From Eutreptiella sp. 'Long Island Sound 2002' (Eukaryota > Protista > Euglenida): a stretch of DNA of 64,000 nucleotides. Both the position numbers and the translations under genes were made by a program. The DNA lies in assembly GCA_964036045.1 (NCBI GenBank), contig OZ038379.1:38750001-38814000 (forward strand), in the 5' to 3' direction. The notes below the pieces were generated by a model. The model did not search any database. It was not told where the DNA came from and saw only the letters and a program-made list of their open reading frames with translations. This document shows positions 11,615 to 23,899 of the stretch, in pieces. Numbering within the stretch: position 1 is the stretch's first letter; each line of letters opens with the position of its first letter.

Positions 11615-13579
11615 TTAACTCACACCATCTTCTGACAGCTTCAGTGGTCTGGTGAGAGTATGCAAGGCATTTGTTAGCATGTTGGTGTACATGGTACAGG
11701 ATAGGGGGGTACTAAGGGCCATAGGGTGGGCAAAATTTGTTGGCCATTTAACATTGCTAGCCACTGTCTTCTTGCGGTCCAAAATGACAGCTTGAACTGT
11801 ATCTGTCAACAAATGGCTCGCAACCTTAGGTACATTGCCATCAACATATTCATGCAAGCCTCGCTGAATGAGACTGCATGTAAATGATTCTCCACATAAC
11901 AAGCTGCTTTCAAAACCAGGAACAAATAACATGCACTGTCCAACGACTTGCATTGGGGATTGGGGCGCATGGTAGCAACAAGCCTTGCCAACAATACCTC
12001 ACAACTTTCTTGAGCATGACACAGCGCACGTAGGTTGTCATACCACTTATCCCACACGAGTAGGGCAGTTCCTAGTGTCCGTAGGTACTCAATGTTGTAC
12101 CGCAACTCAGACATCAGATGTGGCAGAGTTACATAGCAATAGCATAACACGTTGTGGCCAACGTGTCCCGAACAGGCACACCAACCGCACTCACAAAACT
12201 AGGTGCCCACTAAGTAATAGTGCCGGTGTGTATTCAAACAGGAGGGTATACACAACGTGTGCTTGACCCAATAGCCCACCGGCATTCAAGGATGTCAACA
12301 TATGGGGATGACACCTACCATGTAGCAACGCCAGCTTCTGCTGTATCTGGATCTTCTGCTTGGAGGCGGAAACAACCAAACACGCGAACATGCGCTCCTT
12401 AAAGATCAGCTTGGGGAATGCATACACCGGGACATCGGCTGCCTGAATACCATGTCTATATGCCACCATCGATGGGAAAAAAAGGCGGCTTGTGACAGTA
12501 AGGGTGCAATTATATGGGTGCCATATACCCTACACCGGGGGGTTCGACAAAGCTTGTGACCCACATTGTACCCATGAGATGAGACACTATATATCATCTT
12601 CATGATACTATATTGTGTCTTTTCATCGATGAGTATCGGGAGCACATGGGATGTGTGGTGCTGCATTTTAGACACAAGTAATACCAGTCCAAGCATACCT
12701 GACTCAGTTCCGGACTGAAGTTTTGAAAGCATGAAGGGATGCCGTGGGGTGTTGTACACTACCGTTCGCCGAACATCCAACAGACAACGAATGTGCTGGG
12801 GGGGTATCTCATCTTCTATAAGGTTTGACAGTGCTCTCATCAAGACCAATTGAGTGGTAGTCAACAACCTGCCCACCTAGGAAGTAGAAGCTTGTAGTGT
12901 GGGAAGGATTGGAAACCCCACAAAAACTCAATTGCCTTGCTAACATAAGCTACAGCAATTGCCGTACAATTGAGTGATGTATTTGACTTATGTGGGGTGG
13001 GGTGTAATTGGCGACGACGGAGATTATCAAACCATAAAACAAAGACAGCGCCTTTCATACAGGCCCAAAGAGCTGCGGCACAGCCCTGTGCCGTAGTTGC
13101 AAGAGAAGCTGCCCGCGGGGCACAAAAACCAGAGCGTGCAAGGTGGCGCCGAACGCTCCGAGTGGGAGCCACTTTCTCGTCGTCACAAAACAAGTCGGCA
13201 TGAGGGCGACAAAGTAACAACATCAGACGGTACAAATCATACGCCTCCTCAGTCGCGAGAACAAAACACCTAGTTGTGTGCTTGCCGCCGCGTAGCAACT
13301 GAAATTGCCTAAGAAACATCTTCAGTGTAGGGCGCGTACATGCCTTTAAACCAAGTGACAAAGCAAAGGAAAGAAACTCGGCCGACGGACCCCTAGAACT
13401 AAGAATATCTAGAAAATCATCCTTGGTCCTGTATGTGTTGCCAGCCAAGAAGGTGACGAAGGGCACTGCATTCATAATGTCCCCATAAGGCCATAGTTGA
13501 GCACCAGAGACACATAGAAGGGGGTTTCATTCGCACGTAGGTAAGCAAATGGAGAATAACAACGCGAAATTGCTGAAGA
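11615..13579 (-). pseudogene. Multi-frameshifted transposase-like gene (DN...DE...GxxH...E order, DUF6589-like by recollection); host of the 13580-27293 insertion
   Basis: Consecutive minus ORFs carry VLWFDNL, PILIDEKTQYSIMKMIY...RVYGTH and AQESCEVLLARL. The 5' part continues at 27294 onward and has an uninterrupted paralog at ~63000-63345. Confidence 0.45.
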
Positions 13580-13725
13580 CACATGGCGCTAGAACGCACA
13601 GCATAGAAAGTAAAAAAAGCGGGAAGAAGCTAGGCATTTTGTAGGGGATTTTTTGGAAAGTCTTAGCACTTGTGGTCACCAAATGGGACGCGTATCGCAC
13701 GGTACATTTCAGAAATCAGCAACAC

Positions 13726-13865
13726 AATTTCTTCCGAGATACCCGGGGACGGTTGGCTGGAAAGTCCATAGAACATTCCAAGCGACATTGGCTGCGTTCC
13801 GGGCCCCGAGCTGGCTACCAAAACTTTCGAGCATTTTTCCGGGCAACTTTGAAAACTTCCAGGCG
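13726..13865 (+). repeat. ~140-bp subterminal direct repeat of family B (other copies ~27027-27143, 56341-56480, 61456-61595)
   Basis: AATTTCTTCCGAG...CCAAAACTT(T/C)CGAGC...AAAACTTCCA(G/A)GCG occurs four times, always on the + strand; the 27 kb copy diverges before the last motif. Confidence 0.9.
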
Positions 13866-13869
13866 ATTT

Positions 13870-14232
13870 TACATTGAAATTTGCGACAATGAGAGAGGGC
13901 AATGTTGTCCACCCACATACCTGACCTCAGTAAAGCAATATGCAAAAAAGAAAAGACTATTTGTCCTCAATTGGAACAGTGAATCCATATCCAAAGATAC
14001 ATTGTTGGCAATGCTCATGCCGAAAAAAATTGAAATACCGCTGTTAACCACCAGGGAAGCACGAAACAAGTTATGGCGTGCAAGTATGTACTTTGGGCCA
14101 ACTATCCGCGAGCTGAAGTGGATGCAGAGTGATGTGCAAGGTAAAAAAACTTGTCTTTACTTGTCCCTAAATGGAACTGTGTATGTCGTACTCCCCTTCA
14201 CTGAGCATATGCATAGGACAACCATAACTTGA
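13870..14232 (+). pseudogene. Fragment of an unidentified repeated coding family (family C), paralog of 25804-26208
   Basis: TLLAMLMPKKIEIPLLTTREA...PTIRELKWMQSDV vs TLLAMHMHRNFQIPVLTTREA...PIIRELKWMQSDV. Confidence 0.55.
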
Positions 14233-16658
14233 CATGGCGTCCACATCCAACACCCGTTCCCCTGATTATGTACAGCCGTACGCGGATACTTCTTGGGTTG
14301 CGGTTGAGGTTCAGGGCTATCATGAGATGATCATGAAGAATCTGACCCTGCGGCACTTACTGTAGAGCCGTTAGACATGTACACATCATCATCCTCAAAA
14401 TCATCATTCATCGGACTGCTACTACTCCCGCCGTCACTGCTACAGATACTGCTGTTGGTGCTGTTGCTGCTACTACTGCTATTACTGCCTTTGGGAAACA
14501 CACATTGCTGCTCTATTTTGCTATCAACAATGGGGATGCGCAACAACGTGCAACGTGCCTCACATCACTCGGACCTTGAAAGGAGGTAGCAGTGTCCTCT
14601 ACCTCCGAAGCAGGAACCACAACAACGGAACCTGGGTTAGAATCCACCGGTTTGTGTTTTGGGCCCCACATCACATTTCCCCTTACCCTTTCCCTTGCCC
14701 TTGAGATCTTTACGCCGTGCGGCACAGGATTTGAATTTGGACCGGCTCTTCAAACCCACTGTAGGCCAACTGTGGACAGCTTCCAGCTCAAGAGGGACCC
14801 ATTGAGGTATACCACGCTTTCAGCCACAAATCCTGCGTACACAAACCACATCACTTCCGCGTTCTGCACTTGGAAAAGTCCATTCAACCGAATTGGTTGC
14901 CGGGTGCATATAAAAGCTGCAGCCGCCTGCTCCTTGACAAGTCATCAAGTGCCGTAACAGGCGCCGGAAGACTTTTTGCCACATGGCGTTGGCAGCAACC
15001 AAGCAAGCCTCCAAAAAAGGTTCTAATGGACAAGGGCCCAAATTTTGGCAGTAGGAATCTTCCTTTTCTTGCACAAAAACTTTTCATACCACTCACGCTT
15101 CAAACTTTCACTAATACTGGCATCCCGGCTAGTACTAGTCACGGGGGCATATCTTTTGGCCACGCGGTGATCCCGTTCCCCTGCCTCATCAGAATATAGC
15201 ATGGGCGTCCGCGGGTTAAACCAAGTGTGGGACCACCCATGCATATATAGGGTTGCCGTGCAACCTTCTTGCGCAAATTCCGGAATGATGTGCACAATAT
15301 ATGTGTACACCAAAGCCATGGCTTGCCATGCTGCAATTGCCAATGTGGCGCAACCGTAGCATAGGTCTACTATGGGGTGCAAGGCCAGAACAAGAGAACG
15401 GAAAGGCAATGGGAGGACCATGACCCCCGCCATTCTGCCCATCACAGTGTGGGCCTCTCGGCCCGTTAGGCGGATGCCTGCTTGGAACCTTCCTCGCACA
15501 AGGCGCAAGAGCTCCCTGCTATCAGAAGGCAAAGATCCAGGGTGGTATCTCCTAGCAACTTGAGGTATAACCTTCAACAACTCACGCTTGTACGGCCCGG
15601 GTACGGTCCGCCCAGTAAGACCAAGGAGTCTGGACTCTGCTCCTTTGGTGTTGTGTAATACTGGTTGTATAATATAAATTGTGCCAGGTTAGATACACCC
15701 TTGAACTTGTGGTAACCCTGCACCTCATTTAGACGCCCCCCCCTTGTGCAAAAAGAGTGTGGCAACCCCATGCTTTTTGACCGAGGGACATGCCACGCAC
15801 CCCCTTTGTAGACACTCTAACCACAAATGGTGGTGATCTGCAGTCAGGCAACCAAACTGTAGGTGCAGTGCTGTAGTGTACTCTGCACCACCATACTTCA
15901 TATGTTGCTGGAATTTACACAAAGGCACAGCTAGCAGGGCCTCGGCCCGTTTGGGTAGCCACTCCCCATCAACAACTTTGGGAAATTCCATCCACATTAT
16001 CATGCTGGTGCACCCGGGCACATGGCCAGACCTTGGGAACCAGTCTCCCGCAAAATTGATTGTATAAATCTTAGTGTTAACATTGAGACGCCCCGTGGGT
16101 TGGTATCCATCTGCAAACAGGCCCAAGTTAGGGTGGCTTGTTGGGTTGGGGGGTCCCGGCACCCTTGTACTGCTAGGGTACCGGACTTCTGCAGAAGTAG
16201 ATGGCACAATTCTGCCAATAACTTGCTGTTCCTCAGGGAGTAGTCCACTACCAGAAGATTTAGGAGCTGCTGCTGCCGCAATACCACCATAGGACACCCG
16301 GTAGTTGGTTGGAGGCGATCGAGGGTTCGCAGCACTGCTGCTGGCATAACATGCTCATGCCGCAAAAGCATGGTAGCTGGTGCCGGGGAACTGGACTGGC
16401 GGGGTCGGGTGACAAAGGGCCCATTGCGCGCCGCACAACCCGGACTTTGCGAGTGGGGGGCCGTGGCAGGTTGTCTAGCTCCTTGCTGTCCAAAGGGGTG
16501 GCCCCAGGGAAGTTCAAGATGAAAGCTGACACCATGAACTGGTTGGCATGGACAGGGCAGAGGTTGGCAAACGCCTCTAGTGTGGAAACGTCCCCATTGA
16601 CCCATGCAGCAAAATCGTCCACAATGTACTCATGGTGGAACATTGTGATTTTGCAATA
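14231..16658 (-). pseudogene. Family B transposase exon 2, frameshifted
   Basis: Motifs LGLFADGY (D), LTADHHHLWLECLQRGCVAC (D + CxxC), LYMHGWSH (HxxxH) and LYSDEAGER (E) are spread over several frames. Colinear with 56624-59117. Confidence 0.85.
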
Positions 16659-16693
16659 CTGTGATACGAAGCACGGATGGCGGACATTTTTCT

Positions 16694-16896
16694 AATGCCC
16701 CGACCAGTAGCTGTTACCAGAACCTTATTTTCGTCCAATTGCTCACAGTAGCTCAAACATCTGGTCCCTCCCTGTGTGCTCGACCATCCGCCCCCTAACA
16801 AAGGCCCACTGTTTCAGATTTCTCCCAACCAAGCATTTATGTAATGCCCCAACCAATAGCTTTCACGAGAATGTTTTTTTGGTCAATTTGCTAACA
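16694..16896. repeat. Left remnant of the ~149-bp tandem array, split by the A1 insertion
   Basis: Same unit as 22336-23323 (TGTGCTCGAC...CCGCCCCCTAACAAAGGCCCACTGTTTCAG). Confidence 0.9.
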
Positions 16897-17122
16897 CCCT
16901 TGGTACACGCTAGAGAACCTAATCTCGTTCTAGCCTAGAACGCTCTAGCTAGAACGTTCTAGGCTAGATTAGATCAATAGTAGAACGATACAATGTCTAT
17001 CAACATATCCCAATTTCTTCATTGTTCCGTGCGTGCGTGCGTGCATGCTTGCTTGCTATTGTCGGTAGTGCATTGTTCCATGCTTCCTTCTTTCCCGCTT
17101 AGATATTGCACATTTCGTTGCA

Positions 17123-19119
17123 ATGAAACGCCCCGCCACTACCCCCCTTGCTCCCTCCTCACCCGGGAAGGATACTTCCCTCTTGTCCAAGGCACTACGG
17201 GGGTTGAGTGGGGCCTCAACCCTCAAGGATGAGCGGGTGCGCCATTACTTGGCCCCATGGGCGCTGTCATGCCCCCTAGCACGGCGGCAATTGAACAACG
17301 CCGTCCAACATGTGAACTCCGCCACTTCTACCCAAACCACGGGTGAGGCATGCAAGGCCGCCGTTGAGGCATACGCCGCCTCCCTACTTCCCCCCACCGC
17401 CATGTGTGAACTAGTGCTCAACACGAGGGCCCCCAAGTCGTCGTGGAGGACCCTCTCGGAGCTCTACACGCTCCGTAAGTTGGAGTATCACCGCACCGTC
17501 CCTAGTGGCCCCTACTCCCGGCCAATTTGTACCGAGCGGGCTTTCCAAGCCCGTTGGAAGGAGTTGGTCCCCCCGGTGCAATTGGACAACCCCGTTGCCA
17601 CGGCGTTGCCCAAGGCCACCGGGATCTCATGGCCCTTCGCCTCATGGGTCACATACATCCTCTCCCGGCCGGGCTTGGTGCGGTCAATCAACCGCACCTT
17701 CCCGTTGACGTTCATCGTCCGGGGAGATGCCTACCCCGTGCCCGGGGGCAATTGGACCCAACTCACCATCTCCTTGGCCAACTTCGAGCGCTTGGCCCGC
17801 TCCCCAGCGGGCCTTTGGGTGTTGAGCATGGCCAATTGCGATGACAAGGCCATGGAGACCCTTGCGACGTTGTGGAAGAGCAATTGGAAGGTAGTCCTCT
17901 CACCTAGTGCCTTTTACTCGTTCTAGTTTTGATCTAGTCGGCCTAAAACACCGCTCACTAGACGCTAGATTGGAATAGACTAGAACGAAATTAACCACCC
18001 CCCATGTCTCGTGTTTAGGTGCTTCAAGAGATCATCGACACGGGGCTGGTCCAATGGGGGGCCTCCAAGGAGGAGGCAAAGGTGATCCCTGGGGGGGATC
18101 AACCGTGGCCGCGACGGGTGATCGGGGTGTCCACATGCCCCCAAGTGGGCTCCATGTTCAATGAGGGCATATGGAATACCCCAACGAAGACTTGGGAGGG
18201 TAGTGCTAACCCCTGGACGATGGACGGTGATGAGGCCAACTACACGGCCTTCCTCCTTGGGACGCCATCCTTGCAAGCCGCCGGCTGCAGTACGCAGCCC
18301 ATTTTGAAATTGCCACGTGCCTGGGTCGTCTTGTGCATTTTGCACTTGACAATGGCCATGGGCCGCTTGTTGGGTGACTTTCCCGATCGGGAGGCTAGGT
18401 TGGTCACCCCTGCGCTCCGTCGAGACCTGCAAGTTCTCCTGTCGGAGAGGCGTGCAGGTTGGAGCGTTTATGGGTCAGCATCCCCAGATGGGGAGGTGAC
18501 GGCCAATTTTTTTGACGCATGGCCGGATATTGCTAAGTGCCTCCGCATTAGGCCAAGCACGGCCAAGTACAAGGCCATTGCGAACATGTCGGACCTGCTG
18601 CAGGCCCTCTATTGTACATATCAGGGCCCTAACCCTTTGAATTCTGCTGCTGTTGCCCGCGATTTCCGGCGACACTGCACTGCTGGAACAGCATCATGGT
18701 ATCTACTAAGCCTTGAGCAGGATGTAGATACCACGTTGCAGAACATTAAGCCTTTTGGCCTAGCTATGTTCTCCGGTGACATTTCGGAAAGCATTAACCG
18801 CTTTCTGAAACATGGTCACAACGAGCACATCAACCGGGGGGGGGGGGGGGGCTGTCGGGTGGAGGGGGTGGACGAGGTGTCGGGTCCTCAATTGTCGGCC
18901 ATCCACAGGGAGGCCAATGTGCAAGCGCAGTGCATGACATGGTTGTTTGCGTACTTGGACGTGTCGTGGGTTGTGCATGGGGGGCCACGGTCGCAAGTGC
19001 CATGCTCAGGCAGGGATGCCATGGAGGTAAGGAGGGGCCCGGGTCACATGCAGGCTTCCCGTAACCAGAATTTTGCAATCCAAGATGGCTACGCGGGAGC
19101 AGTTGGACGAGCTCGTTAG
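17123..19119 (+). CDS. Spliced DDE transposase of RAG1/Transib/CMC fold (exons 17123-17890 and 18019-19026 or 19119)
   Basis: GT-AG intron 17891-18018 joins the ORFs in frame. Motifs: FIVRGDAY (D, codon 17726), PGGDQPW (D, 18097), LCILHLTM (like RAG1 DALHCDI) and LAMFSGDISESINRFLK (E, 18787; like RAG1 IGAWASEGNESGNKLFR). Confidence 0.85.
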
Positions 19120-20990
19120 GCAGGTATATTTCGTGCTGTACGTTCTAGCGGTGATCTAGGGAATCGTTCTAGTCTTGATCTAGGCAGCACGATCGGCCGT
19201 TAGACTGTCGCTAGAACGCCGCTAGAACATTTGCCTAGAATGCCGCTAGAACGCTCCTGTGCTACACAACGCAGCGACCCAAGCGCTGATTGCGCAAATA
19301 CTGGAGGCGGAGAGGCGTGCAGCGGAGGAGCCGAAGGCCTAGCAGGCCCCGCACCCCAAAGCCCCCCTCGCCAAGGCCAAGCCCAGACCCAAGCCCCAAC
19401 CCCAAGCCCATCGTCCACAGTCGCCACCCCCTCCCCCATTGGTAGCCCGGAAGGGGGCGGCGGCGTTGGAGGAACCGGCAGAGGTGGAGGTGGCGCGGGG
19501 AGAGCTCAAAGGGTTCTTGGATTCCCGCGCCGCCTCTAGGGCGGCCAACACCCGGGCAGAGACGAAACTCTCGGCCTGGGAGGTAAAATTACGGAGCCTC
19601 GTGGAGGATGGAGCGGAGGAGGAAAGGGTGGAGTGGGCGGAGGCCAACCTTCGCAAGGCGAAGGCGAAGGTGACGGAGAAGGCGGCGGCGGTGGAGGGGT
19701 TCGAGCGGGCGGTGAGGCATTGCGAGAGGCAGTTGGCGGCGGTGGTGGCGAGGGTGAAGGACGAGGAGGTGGACGAGGTGGTGGAGGTGGACGTGCAGGG
19801 CGAGATGGAGGAGGAGGCGAGCGTGAAGGATGAGGAGGAGGAGACCAAGGTGGTGGAGGCGGCGCCGGCGGGGGGGGGGGACGAGCGACTGGCTCAGGGG
19901 GTTGATGGGGTCGAGGGCTGCGGGGGCCCTCCAGGACCTGCCATGGGACCCGGCAGTCCTGGCTGGCACCCACCCCCCAAACCCGGACACCCCCCTCGTC
20001 GTCGCCCCGGAGAGTCCGGTATGGACTCTCCGGTTTTTGTTGGTGCGGGTGCACCACCGGCTGTTGGGGGCGGGGCTGGGTATGGGTGGACAGGGGGGGG
20101 GGGGTTTGTCCACCTGGACGAGCCCCTGCGCCTGGGGTGGTCGAGGGGTCGTGGGGGTGGCAACGTGAGTTGCCAGGGCAGGGGAACAAGGGGTGGGGGG
20201 GAGCCCCCCCCCCCCCCCCCCGAAAGGCGGGTGAAGATGTTTGAGTTGGCGCAAACCAACATCTTCAGCCCCGAGCGGAAAAAGGGGGGGGCAACCCACT
20301 GGCGATTCGTCGCCCACTGCTGGCAGGGGCGGAACTTGAGGGGGGTTGAGTGGGTGGGGAAGGCCTGGGTGTGGACGCCGACCTGGTCGGCGCTGCTGGA
20401 CATCAGGGGTTTCAACCCCGAGGCGGCGAACCGGGGGGTGTATGCCGGGGTGGTGCACGGCATCGCCGGCCGGCCCAAGCCCAAGCCCAAGCCCGCCGCA
20501 GCCCCCGCTGGCGGCCCCCGGCAGCCGCACCCCCCCAACGCCGCGGACGCCTTCGCCAAGGCACTGGGGGCCATCCCCCCCGCCCTGGACCACCAAGGCA
20601 CGGTATGTCAATTGCGTTCTAGCGTTGATCTAGCAAACCGTTCTGGCGCTGTTCTAGCCACTGCCGTACCGCCGCCGCTAGAACATCGCTAGAACGTCGC
20701 TAGAACAGTTGCCTAGAACGCCGCTAGAACGCTCCTGCATTTTGCTCTTCACGTTGTCAACGTGCAGACGTGTGGAGGCGACCCCCGCGGGGTGCGCGTG
20801 GAGTGGCGCGATGGTGGAGGGCGCACGCGCCTCATGGGGGTCACCGAGTTGAGCTGGATCTTGGGGACAAACCCCAATTTGGCTCTCTCGGTGTTGGAGG
20901 GTTTGGGTAGGTGGGAAGCGGGCAGGAGTGCGGAGGGCATGGACCCGCAGCGCAAGGGCTGGGCCAGGTTGCAGGACTGGGGGAAGGATG

Positions 20991-21023
<33 letters not shown>

Positions 21024-21738
21024 CCAGCACCAGCAGCGAGGGGAAGACACCCCCCCCAAGGCCCCCAACCTCCCCCCCCAATGCCCCCAAGAAAAAACCC
21101 CGCCACTTCGAGAGTAGCGACAAAGAAGAGCCCCCCCCCCCCCCCCCCCCAAGCCCAAGCCCAAGGCCAAGCCGCACGCCAAGGGCAAGGGCAAAGCCAC
21201 CCCCCCCCCCAAACCCTAGCCCCCCGCTATGCAAGAAAGGGGCCGGGACCCCTATGGGAATGTGCCGGGTGTGGGGGACACCCGGTATGTCCCTTGGGCG
21301 GAGGGGGGCAATGGGGGGACCGTCAGCCAAGTGACGGTGTTGGGGGATTGGGAAGAGGAGTTTGACCCGCAAGAGTGGTGGGTGGTGTCGCAGGGGTCCA
21401 ATGGGGAGGGGGAGGGGGGGAAGAAGGGGAAGAAGGGGAAGAAGAGGAAGCGGGAGAAAGAGGGGGGCACCTTCCGGGTGGCAGGGGACCTCCTCTTCCT
21501 CACCCGGGAGGAGGCGGAGGCCCAGCTCCGGGAGGCCTTGGAGCCCGGGGACCACGGGGACGACGGGGATGACGAGGGGGACGAGGGTGGTGACAAGGGG
21601 GAGGGGGGTGACAAGGGGGGTGAGGCGGGGGGTGACAAGGGGGGTGAGAAGGAAGGGGACACGGGGGGTGGGGGTGAGAAGGGGGGTGCCGGGAGCAAGG
21701 ATGAGCCCCGGCAACCCCCCACCACGCAGGAGGGGTAA
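19085..21738 (+). CDS. Spliced low-complexity extension or second ORF of A1 (coiled-coil/acidic, Pro-rich, poly-Ser, Lys-rich, GGD/E repeats)
   Basis: ORFs 19439-20692, 20762-21334 and 21229-21738. GT-AG intron 20603-20767 joins the first two in frame. One in-frame TAG near 19337 and frame changes inside poly-G/C runs. Confidence 0.5.
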
Positions 21739-21779
21739 CATGCGTGTCGCGACTCGCGAATGGGGGCCGGGGGGGGCAG

Positions 21780-21905
21780 GGGGGCTAATTGGGCTAACCG
21801 GGCTAATCGGGCTAACCCACCACCATGTGATCCGGCGCCGGCCCGCCAAGTGACCTTCCAAGTGACCTATGGGGTGCGGTGGGGGGCTAACCGGGCTAAC
21901 CGGGG
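21780..21905. repeat. 9-bp GGGCTAAYY micro-array in the A1 3' region
   Basis: GGGCTAATT-GGGCTAACC-GGGCTAATC-GGGCTAACC, repeated again at ~21884. Confidence 0.7.
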
Positions 21906-22335
21906 GGTGGGGGGGGGGGGGGGGACCCAGCGCTCTGTGAGTCGGGTCCAGCATCGGGACCCTGTGATTGGCCACGGCTGGCCATGGTAGCCGGGGCAGC
22001 TTCTCTTTGAGGAGTGGCGGAGCATTCATATATATCGTTCTAGCGGCGTTCTGGCGAACCGTTCTAGCGGCGTTCTAGCGGCGTTCTAGAATGCTCGCTA
22101 GAACGTCGCTAGAACGCCACTAGAACGAAAAATTTTTGGACTCCAAAATCAGGTGAAAACAGTGAAATTGTGAAAAAGAAAGTATGGGCCCCCCAGTATG
22201 GATAGGGGGGTCCAGGTTGGACACCTCAATCCCCCCCCTGCGGGGGGGGGGGGTATCCCCCTCTTTTTTTCGTTCTAACCTCTCTAGCCTGTTCTAGGCT
22301 AGAACGAGATTGGGTATTCTAGCGTGTACCAAGGG

Positions 22336-23323
22336 CAATAGCTCACAGATCTAGTCTCTCCAAGTGTGCTCGACTACCCGCCACCTAACACAGGTCCACT
22401 GTTTCAGATTCCTCCCAACCAAGCATTTCTGTAATGCCCCGACTAGTAGCCTTCACCAAAATGATTTTTTGGTCGAATTGCTCACAATGCCTCAGAGATC
22501 TGGTCGCTCCAAGTGTGCTCGACTACCCGCCCCCTAACAAAGGCCAGCTGTTTCCGAGTCCTCCAAACCAAGTATTTCTGTAATACTCCGACGAGTAGGT
22601 TTCACCAGAATGTTTTTTTGGTCGATTTTGCTAACAATAGCTTTGACATCTGGTCGCTCCAAGTGTGCTCGACTACCCGCCCCCTAACAAAGGCCGACTG
22701 TTTAAGATTCCTCCCAACCAAGCATTTCTGTAATGCCCCGAGCAATAGCTTTCATGAAAATGTTTTTTTTGGTCAATTTGCTCACAATAGCTCAGAGATG
22801 TCGTCCATCCAAGTGTGCTCGACTATCTGCCTCCTAACAAAGGCCCACTGTTTCAGATTCCTCCCACCAAAGCATTTATGTAATGCCCCGACCAGTAGCC
22901 TTCACTAGAATGTTTTTTTGGTTGATTTGCTCACACTGGGACAGAGATGTGGTCGCTCCAAGTGTGCTCAACTATCCGCCACCCCCAAAAGGGCCCACTA
23001 TTTCAGATTTTTCCCAACCAAGCATTTTTGTAATGCCCCGATCACTAGCCTTCACTAGAATGTTCTTTTGGTTGATTTGCTCATAGTGGCTCAGAGATCT
23101 TGTCACTCCAAGTGTTCTCGACTATCCGCCCCCGAAAAAGGGCCCATTGTTTCAGATTTTCCCCCACCAAGCATTTTTGCCATGCCCCGACCAGTAGCTT
23201 TCACCCAAATGTTTTTTTGGTCGATTTGCTCACAGTGGGTTTCACCACAATGTCTTTTTGGGCGATTTTCTCACAATGGCTCGGAGATCTGGTCCCTCCA
23301 AGTGTGCTCGACTATCCGCCCCC
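22336..23323. repeat. Tandem array of 149-150-bp units (~6.6 units), within the predicted family B intron
   Basis: CCAAGTGT(G/T)CTC recurs at 22360, 22509, 22659, 22809, 22958, 23108 and 23298. Confidence 0.95.
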
Positions 23324-23899
23324 TTTCACACAGGCACACAGACACACAAACAGCAAGAGAGGTAGAAGATGACATCCGCACGTGATTCGTTGTACATGGG
23401 ATATGACCATTGTGCACCATGAACTCATAAAATACATTACCCTGACTCCCTTAACTCCTTTGGATCAGAACTCATAACATATAGAAGGATGAAAGAATAA
23501 AAGTATGTATTAATCTGAGTCCTCTGACTCCTCCGGCTTTGACTTATGCGACCCTGTGTTTTGGGTGTGTGCAGGGACAATAAGAAGGATGAGCTCTCCC
23601 TCACCAGATGGGCTCCCATCCAGTAGGGGACATCTAGGACTTGGGGACGGTGCCCCGTGCCCATGACGTACTCCATGGCTCCATCCGGGACTTGGGGCGG
23701 TGCCGCGTGCCCCTGACGTAGTCCGGCACTGTGCGAACCGACGTCACAATCCTAAGTGGAAGGGACCCCTCTAGCCTCCCGCCCTTCCCCCCATGATGAG
23801 TAGGGGATGGGGGCATCTGCCCCCTTCTTCTTCTTCCCGTGCCTGGTTGCTGAGGCCCTCTTCCTCTTCCCGCTTCACCCCTGTAGATGACACCCGGGC

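Larger units (their letters stand above)
16897..22335 (+). mobile_element. Young CCC-terminus DNA transposon (family A, copy A1; CMC/EnSpm-type termini), 5439 bp
   Basis: 45-bp TIRs at 16897-16941 and 22291-22335 match at 42/45 (CCCTTGGTACACGCTAGA...). A 2-bp CA duplication lies at 16895-96 and 22336-37; removing the element restores the array sequence CTAACAATAGCTC. Confidence 0.95.

Noticed and set aside
19536-22029. Long minus-strand ORFs (217, 340, 235 and 426 aa)
   Set aside because: They are antisense shadows of the GC-rich plus-strand A1 ORFs; splice signals and composition favour the plus strand.
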